Below, piece after piece: positions 48,801 to 59,330 of a stretch of 59,330 bases of DNA. How positions within the stretch are numbered: the first letter of the stretch is position 1; every line of letters begins with the position of its first letter. This DNA is from Amoebophrya sp. A120 (taxonomy: Eukaryota; Protista; Dinoflagellata): NCBI GenBank assembly GCA_905178155.1, contig CAJINV010000027.1:1-59330 (forward strand). Reading direction: 5' to 3'. The position numbers and the translations under genes are program-made. The notes below the pieces were generated by a model. It saw only the letters and a list, made by a program, of their open reading frames with translations, did no database searches and was not told where the DNA came from.

Positions 48801-51800
48801 TGGCTGGGGTCTCAAGCTCGGGTCGAAGTACCTATGTACACGAAAAAAATGAAGTGCAACACCTCCTGCGAGAGTTTGGCCTGAGGATATTCAACGTTGG
48901 TCAGCGACTTTCAAATCATACCCGGGCACAGGAGGTGGCCGCAAGCGAGCAAGAGCGCGAGGTCGAAGCAAATGAGGAGGGAGCAAGAGCTGGTTTTCTA
49001 GCGGCGTTGCGATATCGCTTTGCCTTGCAAGAACAGTTTTTCAGAAAAGTTCGGAGCCAGTTACTGCAGTTTCACAAATTGCGCAATGAGCGAGAAGCCG
49101 ACGCGGGACAGCTACTTTACTTTTTCGGACCGCCGGAGTGCGACAAACCCCCGAAGGCGAAGTTTATGGGACATGGCTTGTTTTTGATCCAGATTGCCCT
49201 CTTCGAGCGATTCTTCTTGGACGGCCCGGAAACCGCAGCCCTCCGTGACTGGCGATCGGGGTGGCCATCTGCGCCTGGGCGCACGCATTGGCCGCCTCTG
49301 AGTATGAATGTTACGGCGCGGGATGGCTGGGTTTATGCCGAACCGCATGAGGACCAGGCTTGGGAATATATAGCTGCCTATCTCGCCGACGAACACTTCG
49401 TGGGGATGAATCAGGAGAAAACGCAAGCGTATGCGATCTACAACGAAATGGACAGCAGGGCAAACGCGCCGGGCGTTGGAGACCAGCTGCACCGTATGGC
49501 GCAGGATGCGGGTGCGGCTCTGGCGGATGTGGCAGAAGACACTGTGAGCGCGCTCTTCCCTCCTGTCGTAGCGGAGCGTAAGTGCGAGACGGTGGGCGTC
49601 GTCACTACAAAGGATGCAATGAAATGCGACTCAAAAGTGCACACCCTGCCGCCGTTCTTTCACCACAACCCCTGGGCCGTATCGCGGATGATGGCGACGT
49701 GTCTGACCCATTTGTCGAACAGCGAACAGCACGCGACAACCGGTATAAATGGACAAGCAGCCACAGTGCCCGTCCGGGTTCTGACGAAGCTTGGAATGGG
49801 GCAGCTGGTGAACATGATCAAGTTCATGCGGTGGCAGTTTCAGAACGACTCCTTGCCACACCACGAGCCAAAAGCTGCCGTCGCGAACTCATCCAGCGTC
49901 GCTGAGCTTCACTCGACAGCGGGCAAGCTGTACCTGTTCCAGCCGAACGAAGACTTCGAGATATTCTTTCGGAGTTTCGCTCCAGAAGGTGCACCAGAAT
50001 GGACAGGAATGCGGGAGAAAACGGTGGAGCACCATTCGTTCGCAAAGAGGCTCTTCGAGGAAAAGCAAATGAATCACATTGCCATGATATATGCAGGGGG
50101 CAGAAACGGCAACTCCACCTTCCGCGAAGAGGATTTCGTGGACCAGCGGTTGATCAGAGACCAATTCATACTATCCCTTGAGATGTTCCACAAATCGCTG
50201 GAGACGAGCGAGTCCGTCCTCGGCGCACCGCAGCGGGCCCCGGTCCATCGGAGACGAGCGCTGCTCGAGGAATATCGCAACATCGCGAAAGCGAGGCGTG
50301 AGGCGGAACAAAACTTGCGTGGGTTGCTAAGGATTCTTGATAACGTTAACCACAAAGACCTTGTGGACCGCAGTTACTACGAGGCTGTGTTTTTGCGGCG
50401 CGACGAAAGCGAAACTATTACTGCAGGTGGTGCTGCGGGGCGGCCACAACATGGCTTAGCCCCTGACTGCGAGTTTTTGCAGGGCGCCTACCGCCTCGCG
50501 TACGAGTTGCAGAGCGCGGCTTCTTCCCCCGAAAACCTCCGCGTTGAGAGGAGACATAGGGCCGCATCAGGTTTTCTCACGCAATTCGGGTCTAGAAGAA
50601 GCGAGTTGCTACGAAACGGACTGCAAATCGTTCCGGCGAACACTTGGAGACGGCATCTACGAGTGAACAAAATGATTCTTTCATCGAGAGAAGGAAGTCA
50701 AAACACTGTTCCAGATTTTTTACTAGACCCAGTTGTGCCGGTAGAAGCAGAAAACGCAGGAAGCGAAGATCAGTCAGCGACCGCAGGAGCAGCCCCCGCA
50801 GAAGTGGCAAACGCTGGAAGTGAAGCTGAGGAGGCACATGCGGTAAAAACGCGCTTGCCTGACCTGATTTTCGAGAAGATACTTCCTTTGTGCAAAGCAC
50901 CGGCAGGGACTGCACAAGCAGCTCGCCTCGCGTCTGCTGTAGCAGATGCCCTGCAGCTGGTAGAAAACGTCTTGCCCGAGCCAGTCCTGGCCGAGCAAAA
51001 GGTTGTGACAGTAGCAGGCACAGCGACTCCAGGATTGGCCCTCTATCCAATGTAAAAATGTCTGGGTCTGGAAACTTGTGATGCTAGGTGGCGTCTCATG
51101 ATGAGGCTACAAATGCTGGCCCAGCATGACAAGTTTCTGAGCTCCTAGGTGTTGCCTATTCTGCATGACAAACTGCGCTTCTGCATCACAGAAAAACGGG
51201 GCTCTTGGGTAACATGCATGACAGATTTAAGAGTCATGCCAGACAAGCATGACAAACATGCAATCTTCCAGACCCAGACATTTTTTCATTTGATACCCTC
51301 CTTCCTGCAGCAACAGCGCCTGCTCCCGCACCCCCTGGAGCCGCAGCTTATGGCGTTCTCAACTGTTACATTCTGAACTGTTACATGGATTTGTGATGCA
51401 AAAATGGCAAAAGCGAAAGGGGGAAGATTGCAAGAATTGCATTACAAATCCCGCACAGATTTAGGTGCTGTTTAGCCCTTCGCAAATTTGTCATGCGAAG
51501 CAGCTTGATCTCGTGGATGATGATGGTAGTTTTGCATGACAAATTCATGTAACAGTTGAGAATGTAACGTTTGAGAACTCCATACAGCTGCCTTTCGGGC
51601 TAGAATCCAGGAGTTCTACGGGAACCGGCCGGACAAAAACAGTGCTGTTGTGGTCTCGGTACTAAGCCAAGCCGCAACCGCACCTCTGCCGCAGCTTGTC
51701 GAAGAGATCCTCGTTGATGACTTGGTGCAGAACCTCGACCGACTCACCGTCGCCCATTCCGCCCAGCAGAAAGAGGTGGAGAAGCAACTCGCGCTCGTGA

Positions 51801-54800
51801 TTCAGGAGGAGCTGCAGGGCATGCTCGCTTTCGTCATCGTACCGGACGTAATTGATGGTGTTGCACCACCTCCGGCAACAACATCAACTACAAATGCAAC
51901 GAGCACGACAAATAATACGCCCCCTGCAGCAGCGGGAGCCGTCGCGCTTGACGACAACACCTTAGTATCGGAAAAGACTTTGCTCCACGAGATCGTCACC
52001 GAGCTGAAAGCGGTTGCGAGCAGAGGGCAACGCGCGGTGGCGGGGGGCAATCAGGTTGCTGTGGCGAATACTCCGAATACGACGCAAACCTCCAACAACA
52101 GCGTGCCATTTCTGCAAACCTGTCGGGAGAACTGCATTATGAAACGCAACGCCCACCTAACCGCCTGCCACGGGCTGATTCACTGTTGCAACGTCGGCGT
52201 TCTCATGAACCCGGAAGGCCGGTCCGGCCCCGACGAAACTGAAGAGGCGATGACGGATTTGCAGATCAGGTTTCCTAAACCCTACGAAGGCTGTCTCGAA
52301 ACCGGGTGCTGTTCCAACGGGCTGAGTGAGCGCAATGCGGCTCCGTGCAAGAACATCGCGGAGTTACTGCCCCACGGCCATCCGTTTTTTTCGAAACTCA
52401 CGTTCCTGGAGGACGAGATTCGCTACAAAGAGTTCTCGGGCCTGGGCGTCGGCGCGTGCCAGGTCCTCCCGCTGAACGCGAAGCAGTGGGACATCTTCCT
52501 GGCCTACGCGGGTATCGCCGGAGCGTATTGGGGCGGGGCCCTGCTGATGTCTCTCCTGTCGAAAGGAAGGTTGGTCCAGGAGGCGATGTACCTCCTCGGA
52601 CCCGGGCTGCAAAACTTGAACCACGGCTTTGAGCGTGCGTTGTGGTACAGGACGGCCACGTGGCGAGGCATACCAAATGCAAATATGTCTGGGTCTGGAA
52701 GGTTGGAACTTGTAATGCTGGTCTTGCATTCCTGTGAAATCTGTATTGCGCGACCAACAAAAGTGGTAGCCTCTCATGTCATTACAAAAACGCAGTTTAT
52801 TCTCATGCGGAGTTCGTATGGGAAAGCGTTCTGCAAACTTGTTCTCCTTTTTTGCATAAGGAAGTGTTTTTCTCTTGCACATTTTAGCATCACAAATCTT
52901 CAGACCCTGACAACATAGTTGCATTTGATAAGGCATCAGGGAGGGCAACGTTTTCGGCTGGCTTAAACTCGTGCGTGACGTCGTGTTGCCCTGGGTGCCA
53001 GCTGGTGGCGGAGGTGCAGGAGGAGCTGGACAGGGTGGGAGCGGCGGAGGAGGGAGCGGCGGCGGCGGAGGTGGTGGCAACAATAATGGCACACCGTCGA
53101 TTCGGTTTGGCGTCCTCTTCGGGCGAGGCGCCGTCGACGTGAGCATTCAGTTGTTGCAGGACTTTGGCATCCCGCTGTTGATCGAGAAGTGGATTTGGCC
53201 GGAAGTGAAGAACTACTGGGAGCCGTTGCTGCGTGGCGTGTGGAAAAATATCTTCACGAAATTGCTCTCGGATCATGCAGTTGAAGGCGAAGCGACTGAT
53301 GCTGACTCAACAACAACATCAGCGTCATCTTCTGGCAATTCTATCATCAACTACCGCAAACTCCTTCTGCAGGAGCAGACCTGCCCTTTCGCGAGAAAGC
53401 TCCACTGCAGCCACTACGCGCCCACGCGAGCGGCTTTCGAGAATGCGGCGGTGCACTTCGTAAAAGCAGTGGTGCTGGATACGCAGTTTGGTCCGGGTGA
53501 GGTGACTGTGTACCAAGAGCTTGACCGGTGGGAAGCGGAGTTCGAAGTGCATGCCGGCGAAGACACAGGAGTGTTTTCAGCTTCCACAACCACGACGAGC
53601 GTAGCTGCTCCCGATGATCATGCAGCTGAAGATAGCGACGACAGTATGCCCTCTACCACAGCGCCGCCGAGTAGTGGCGGGTCGTCGGAAGGGGGATCGA
53701 CGAGCCCCGAGGGAGCATCGTCTCCTGCGTCGCCGAGTGACGACGTCGAGATGCAGGAAGAGGAGGAAATCATGGGCAGTGGTACTACTGTTACATCAAC
53801 TGGTGGTGCAAATAATTCTGCCACATCAACGACAGGAAGCGAAGGGGGAAACAACACTACAGGACAGCCACAAACAGCTCCACAAATCCAGCAAGGCGCA
53901 GCTGCTACCAACCACACGTCCTCCCAACCAGGTAGTGCTACTAGCCCCCAACAAGTAGATCCAGATATGGCAGCCGCGGCGCAGTTGCTCGAGGAAGAGA
54001 TGAACCTGGACCCGTTACAGCGGTGGCACAACATGCAGGGGCTTATCCTTGCGAACATGCGGCAAGAGCGCGAGAGAGCGGTCGCGCGTGCGGATTTTAA
54101 TTTCTTCGGCGTTTTATTCCAAGGGAACGGCTTCCATCCCGGCCAAGCCGTTGAGCAGGGTGTGCAGGCGCACGTTGTCAACAACCCGGTGTGGCAACGG
54201 TTGCGGGAGTTGTTTCTCCGGATGTGGAATCACGGCGTCAACCACAATCACGTGCAGAACATTTCCTATTACCTACGGCTCGCCCTGGAGGTTTTCGAGA
54301 TCATTGCGCAGCTGGCGGGGGACGGTGCCTCGATCTTTCCGTGGCTGCGGGCCATTGCGCAGATCATCGCGCCGCTGTTCCGCTTGCTGTCGGGCGCGTT
54401 GAAGATCGGCTCGCTTGGGGAAAAGTTCCCGCCCTTTGCACAGCGGTGGCTCGCACGGGAGGAGAACGAAAAGCAGTGGAGAAGAGCGAAATTTTATCTC
54501 GGGAAAACGCTGTGTTTTTTAAGTAGTGGCACATGATGTCTCGGCATGACAGCATGACAAATCTGTTTCGCATGTTGACAGAAAAAGCAGACGTCACGCA
54601 CAGCCAGTACACCGTGAATGCACATATGTTGAATAAATGCCGCTTCAGGCCCGGCTAGCGTGACGAGCGTATTTTTAATGCTCTTGCTGTGCTGTTAGTA
54701 CATACGTACATACATGCATTACTTTACAGACTTACGCTCACACAGCTCTTCTCTTGCATAAATGTGAGAAGGTTTTGTGCTCGGCGGCGTTCACCTCTGC

Positions 54801-57800
54801 AACTGGAACGGGACAGCGTAAAGGCGGTTCTTTTTTGACACAAACCCTTTCGCGCATGAGCGAGTTGCAAAAGAAAATTTTCCATTTCCGGATCCGGGTC
54901 GGCATGGATCCCTGTTGGAAAGTTGTCGCCCCGAAAGACCTATTTTGTGCAAAAGTGTCGTCTTTCGCGTACTAAAATTGCGATCATATTGCATGAAAAA
55001 TAGATGTGTGATCTCGTCCTGGATGACCTTGCAGGATAGTTTGCATTTTATTCTCTTTGATAATATGGCAATTTGTCATCGCAATTTTTACTAGTACGAG
55101 CCGATAATTTTGCAATGCATAAGACCACTGCACGTGCCTGTTCAGTGTTACGCACAACGACGAAGTCTTCAACGAAGCCGTGCGACGGGTTATATGCTGT
55201 GTAAAAACTAGCCACGGCCCCAATCCAGACTGGTCATACAAATCTGCAAGAAGCTTGAAATGTTTCTCATGAGCAATCCCGACCTGAAAAGCAGGTTCTA
55301 ACGCTGCCTTACAGTTTGTCATGCTAGAATCAGGATAACGATAAGGAGGTCGATTTGCGATGCAGCTGGAGTTGCACTAGATTCACTCGAATATTACACT
55401 GAGATGAGCGCAAACAACTTGTCTTCATGCGCGACAGCAAAAAGCTGTTGTTTTGTGTGGTAAAGCACCCATCTACTTGTTGACTCTTGCGGCGGGGACG
55501 TGTTATTTACTCAGGATAGGGCACCAGGGCGGGATATCATCGAGAGTATGCGCAGAATGCTGCTGTTGCTGAGCCCCTCAAGGCCAACTGGTTTGCGCGT
55601 CACTTGTCTGCGAGACAGAGGGAAGTGTTTGCCGCCCATGCTGTTCTCGTAGAATCACCGCCAGCTGGACAACAAGGCAGCATTGATTTGGAGCACAGAA
55701 GACTCAAATCCGTCGACCTTTCGAAAGATTTCCTGGCGTCACTGTATTTGGAGAAATTCGGTTCCCGCACAGGAGGTGAAGTAAGCGACGAAGGACCCGG
55801 GCTGTTGCAGCAGGCACGCAAGAGACGGAAAAGAAACAGCGAGAGGGAACTCGTTGCCGACTTAACGCATACGATCGCCGCAAACATTGCCGAGGAGACA
55901 CTGCAGCTCACGCACGACGAGGTCGTCGGGCCGGTCCGGGAAATTGCGCAGACGGTGGCGCCCTTCGCGCTGCGCAAATTGGCCAAGGAACTCTGGAAGC
56001 CGAAGGGCCAAACCGAAGAGGAGAGTGCCCCAAAACCGCCGCCAGCCAAGCCGGAGGCGAAGGAAGCTATCCACAGAATATTTTATTTCCGTACACGTAC
56101 GATAATTGCGGACTCTGCATGACAACACTTGCCTGTGATCCTAGTCAGCATAGCAAGCGTCAATACACTTTGGGTTGGCGAAATTTGTATATGCATTTCG
56201 TGCGTCGTGTCCGTGTGCGGGACATTTGTGTTGCATACAAGCCGCACAGATATTACCGACAGGAAAGCCGGAGCCGCAGGGAAAACCTGACGGGATTCCC
56301 GTCGAAGCAGACTCGGAGAACAACGGCGGGCAGGCCGCAAATAATGTTGCGGGATCTTCTAGACAAGCTGCAGGAAATCTTGCACAAGGACCGCCTGTTG
56401 GCAAACAGATTGCTATCCCTCCGTCTAGTACTCCGAAGAACGCCCCGTCCAGTAATTATTCCAGCACTTCTGCATCCACCCGGCCGTGTAACTCGACGTC
56501 GAGTACCGGGCGCAGCCGGGCCGGAACATTGACCTCGATGTACCCCGAGGAAGACTTCTGCGAGGGAGGTCCGGCGAGCGCTCCTCAATCCGCGGGGCCG
56601 CAGAGCGTCCCTTCTACAACCGGCGGACAGCATGGTGGCAGCTCGCCGCCAGGCGGTGCGGCTCCATCTGCGCCAGGCGTGGGTCCCTACCTGAATGCAG
56701 ATGCTTTGGCGCGGCTACCCATACCCGTGGCCGGGAATCTTCCCGGTGGTGGAGGTGGTTCTTGTAATGCCAATTTGACCACGAACCAGCAAGGTGGACC
56801 ACACCAAGCACAGGCTGCAGCGCCTTCAACGTGTGGAAGGTCTTCTTTCGTATCTGCTGTTCCAAATCCCGTCTTGCGCGGCGGGAAGGAGGCCGTGTTT
56901 GCTCATGGTCCAGCAGGCGGAGCTTCAATGGCGATGTCCGTAGACAACAGCACAAGAGCTCCGGGAAGCAGTGCGGCGAGTGTGGTTTCATCGAGCTATG
57001 CTGCGAGCAGTGCAGGACACACGTCTAACCAGATCCTTATGGCATTCTCAACTGTTACATTCTCAACTGTTACACGGATTTGCTATGCGACATTGCCATC
57101 AGCCTCCACTTGATCAAGGTGGGTTGCATGAGAAATCTTCGAAGGACTAAGCAGCATCTAAATCTGTGGAAAATCTGCGATGCGAAAGCTGCAATAATGC
57201 CACTTTCAGTATTGCTGTTCTTCTTCTTGCATTACAAGTCCATGTAACAGTTGAGAATGTAACGTTTGAGAACGCCATAATCCTTTATGGTTCGTCGGCT
57301 ACATCCACCACTACCGCTTCCCCGCTGTCTGCGCAGGGAACGGGTGTGCTGGTGTCTACTGGGCAGGTGTCCTCAGTGTGTAGTAGTTCTACTGGCTGCA
57401 ACTACTACAACAACGCGAGTTGTTCTGGTGTCCTCTCAACAGCATCGGCTGGAGCTGCATCACCCGGTGCGCCGCAGCAGGCAGCCTGCGGTGCAATGAA
57501 TTCCCCTGCGCCGGCGCAGGAGCCACAATCCAGCATTTCAGCAGGCGGACCACCTTTACACCCCCCCGGCGGAGCAACAACATCAACTCCAGGCGCGCCG
57601 AGTACCAGTGTTCCGTCGTTTCTGCGGCTAAAGATCGACCCAACTACTAACCCGAGCAACCTCGTGGCCCCGCCCACACATGACACAGACCCGTACGGAA
57701 GTAAATCGAAAGCAGCGCGAAGAGGGCATCTACAAGCATCTGGAGACGAATTTTCGCCCACGACTATTCTAGCGAAAAGACGGAAGTTCGACGCACCTCC

Positions 57801-59330
57801 GGGGACAGCCCTCGAACCGTTCCCGCCGCTTGTTGGGGGAGAAAATTCTGCGGGCGGAAGTAGTGTTGATACGTTTCTCCCCGGGGCCGCGAGTAGCGGT
57901 GGCGGCGGTCCGCCGCGGCGCCCGGGCGGAAATGGCGAGGACAAAGATCATATCCACTGTAAATGTGATGTCTGGGTCTGGAACATTGGAACTTGTCATG
58001 CAAAATTTGGACCGCACAGAAATCTGTGTTGCATGAGCGGCTGCAATGAGTGTTTCCCTAATTGTGGTTGACGAGCGAAAACGAAAAGCGAATCTGTCAT
58101 GCGGAATACGCATTCAGAATCTCTTGCACAGTCCTCTGATGTGAAGATGCTTCTGGGTGCATTCCCGAGGCGGGCTATCTTCGTGTTCGACATCTAGGAG
58201 ATGCTGATGCATGACACACCTTGTACTCTACTTCCAGACCCACACCACATTTTTGCACGTGCATATGTGAACATCCGGGTGACGGACCCAACAACAACTC
58301 CGGGGCGGGGACAGCACAGGCGCAGCTGCAAACCGTAGCGGAAGAAGATGAGACTGAAGAGGACGAGGGGGGGCAGGCTAGCGACGGATCATCTTCCCCC
58401 GGTGGGGACGCCTCGTCGCACGTCAGCACCGAGCACTCCATGAACGCCCTCGAGAACAACACGCCGTCTTTCGACATTCCGCCGCGGCGGAACGCGACGA
58501 TAATCCCCGCCGGGGTCCAACTACTTCCTTCACCAAAAGGTGGGGCCCCCGGAAGTTCATCCTCATCCTCATCCTCTGGCAGCGCAAGTTCATCCTCCTC
58601 TTCTTCAGCTGCATTTAGTTCTCCTCCAGGACCACTGCAGATGATGAGTCACAACGGCGGGGGAGGTGCAAGCGCAGGCGGGCTTCGTCAAATGGACATC
58701 GACCAGTCGCCTGATTTGTCATCGATCTCGCGGACATCCACAGCTGGACGGGAAACGGTAAACTCCGAAGGCAGCGGCACCTGGAGCAGCGGCGGTCAAC
58801 ACGACAACCATGCCTCTACGTCGCCTTCCCGCAATTTATTCTCCCCACGGGGTGATCAAGAAGGCTGTGCACCTACAACTTACAGCAATACGCACATCGG
58901 GGGACAAGGGCTGCATGACCAACAAGCGGGACCGAGCAGCGGGTCTTCTTCCTCTTCCGCGCCGGCAGCTTCTGGTGCGAGCAGCACACCTGGTGGCGCG
59001 TCTCAACAATTGTCCGCGAACACTGTGCTGTCGCCATCGTCGGTTTTGGAAGGTGCATCGAGTGGAGTGTTCCTGCCGCTGCCGAAAAACCTTCCTGCGG
59101 CAGCTTCGTCCTCTGCCTCGTCGCCCCAGGCTGGCAGCAGCTCGACGTCTACGTCGGTTGGTGGTGTCGTCCGGGGTCGTGGCCTAGCGCGGCAACATGA
59201 CAACAGTATTGTAAGGAAAAATCCCCCCTCCCCATATCAAAACGGAATTTCTGATGCTGGATTGGTGTACACGAATCAGCTTTGTATTGCAGAGAGGCAT
59301 TGCGGCCAGATCCCCAGGCTAGGTAGGGGC
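42825..59330 (+). CDS. Gene 4: giant (>4000 aa, incomplete at window end) multidomain protein with signal peptide, gene-1-like N-terminal region, alpha/beta hydrolase, SecA-like fragment, hydrophobic segments and low-complexity tail
   Basis: Signal-like MKRILQASFLAAGAVVATHA. Exons 42825-~42955, ~43220-44051, 44310-44788, 45048-51043, 51301-51348, 51590-52670, 52936-54494, 54766-54940, 55127-55192, 55524-56067, 56243-57037, 57285-57950, 58271-59206. Every junction from 44052 on is in frame after removing element + 5 nt. Confidence 0.8.
44052..44309. mobile_element. Introner family A
   Basis: DR tttct; removal gives SAFL|LFQQNIL (gene 1 AYLLLHQQVV). Confidence 0.95.
44789..45047. mobile_element. 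Introner family A, diverged
   Basis: DR gggga/gggta; removal gives WNAGKLNIDFAV (gene 1 WNDGRLSVDFAV). Confidence 0.9.
47219..48290 (+). CDS. Acyl-protein thioesterase/lysophospholipase (APT1-like) alpha/beta hydrolase domain in gene 4
   Basis: IVVVYLHEFG, IRVVCPQA, PSWY, DLEASAKFVEEVMQRE, LYLAGSSQGAVLAL (GxSxG, Ser at 47705), LKGLISYHG, STDTIFP (Asp), LQHGG (His), in the order seen in APT1/LYPLA. Confidence 0.8.
48542..48898 (+). CDS. SecA-like fragment in gene 4
   Basis: EVDYSV...TTGR...DDGLIQFLQLKH...FFSQYRRIFAM parallels SecA DVDYIV...FTGR...SDGLHQAIEAKE...YFRLYxKLAGM. No Walker A or DEAD motif seen nearby. Confidence 0.6.
51044..51300. mobile_element. Introner family A
   Basis: DR ccctc. 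Confidence 0.95.
51349..51589. mobile_element. Introner family B, reverse orientation
   Basis: DR cagct; in frame with ORF 51650. Confidence 0.95.
52671..52935. mobile_element. Introner family A
   Basis: DR aggca; in frame with ORF 52971. Confidence 0.92.
54495..54765. mobile_element. Degenerate introner
   Basis: TAT..ATA; DR aattt/aatgt; in frame. Confidence 0.8.
54941..55126. mobile_element. Introner family F
   Basis: Perfect DR agacc. Confidence 0.9.
55193..55523. mobile_element. Introner family G
   Basis: Ends similar to 19365 (tatgctgtgtaaaa / tttactcaggata); +5 removal in frame with ORF 55604. Confidence 0.8.
56068..56242. mobile_element. Degenerate introner
   Basis: TAT..ATA; DR gaagc/caagc; in frame. 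Confidence 0.8.
57038..57284. mobile_element. Introner family B
   Basis: DR atcct; in frame. Confidence 0.95.
57951..58270. mobile_element. A-related introner
   Basis: tgggtctggaa / ttccagaccca; DR decayed; +5 removal opens a stop-free frame to the window end. Confidence 0.85.
59207..59330. mobile_element. Introner family E, cut by window end
   Basis: aaggaaaaatcccccctcccca...tttctgatgctggatt matches the start of the 15157 copy. Confidence 0.9.

Noticed and set aside
2663-59330. Recurrent short ORF peptides such as KCKxVWVWK, SNAKVSGSG, FQTQT and LPDPD as a protein family
   Set aside because: They are translations of family A terminal inverted repeats.
1-59330. Prokaryotic operons, an autonomous transposase or RT, rRNA/tRNA, alternative genetic code
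   Set aside because: None recognised. In-frame stops fall inside introns, and long exons read with the standard code.

Overview
Eukaryotic genomic DNA, not prokaryotic. The architecture fits the parasitic dinoflagellate Amoebophrya (Syndiniales); this is inferred, not confirmed by a search. Four large genes lie on the + strand. They are broken by about 40 mostly non-GT-AG introns, which are 150-430 nt MITE-like introner elements with terminal inverted repeats (usually TAT...ATA) and a 5-nt direct repeat. Removing the element plus 5 nt restored the reading frame at almost every site I checked by hand. Gene 1 (~1431-5977) is a secreted-looking short paralog of the N-terminus of gene 4. Gene 2 (~13104-22226) encodes an Mps1/TTK-like kinase, one TM helix, a low-complexity linker and a split U-box/SP-RING-like domain. 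Gene 3 (~25318-40804) is its paralog, with the same kinase and TM followed by a degenerate WNK-like kinase and a USP domain whose catalytic Cys is replaced by Ser. Gene 4 (42825 to beyond the window, >4000 aa) has a signal peptide, an APT1-like alpha/beta hydrolase and a SecA-like fragment. Non-coding features include a 96-bp hairpin satellite nested inside an introner, a 2.7-kb foldback-like element, a nested introner pair, a probable introner-mediated exon loss and a near-palindromic motif upstream of all four genes. All gene models are manual reconstructions without transcript data.
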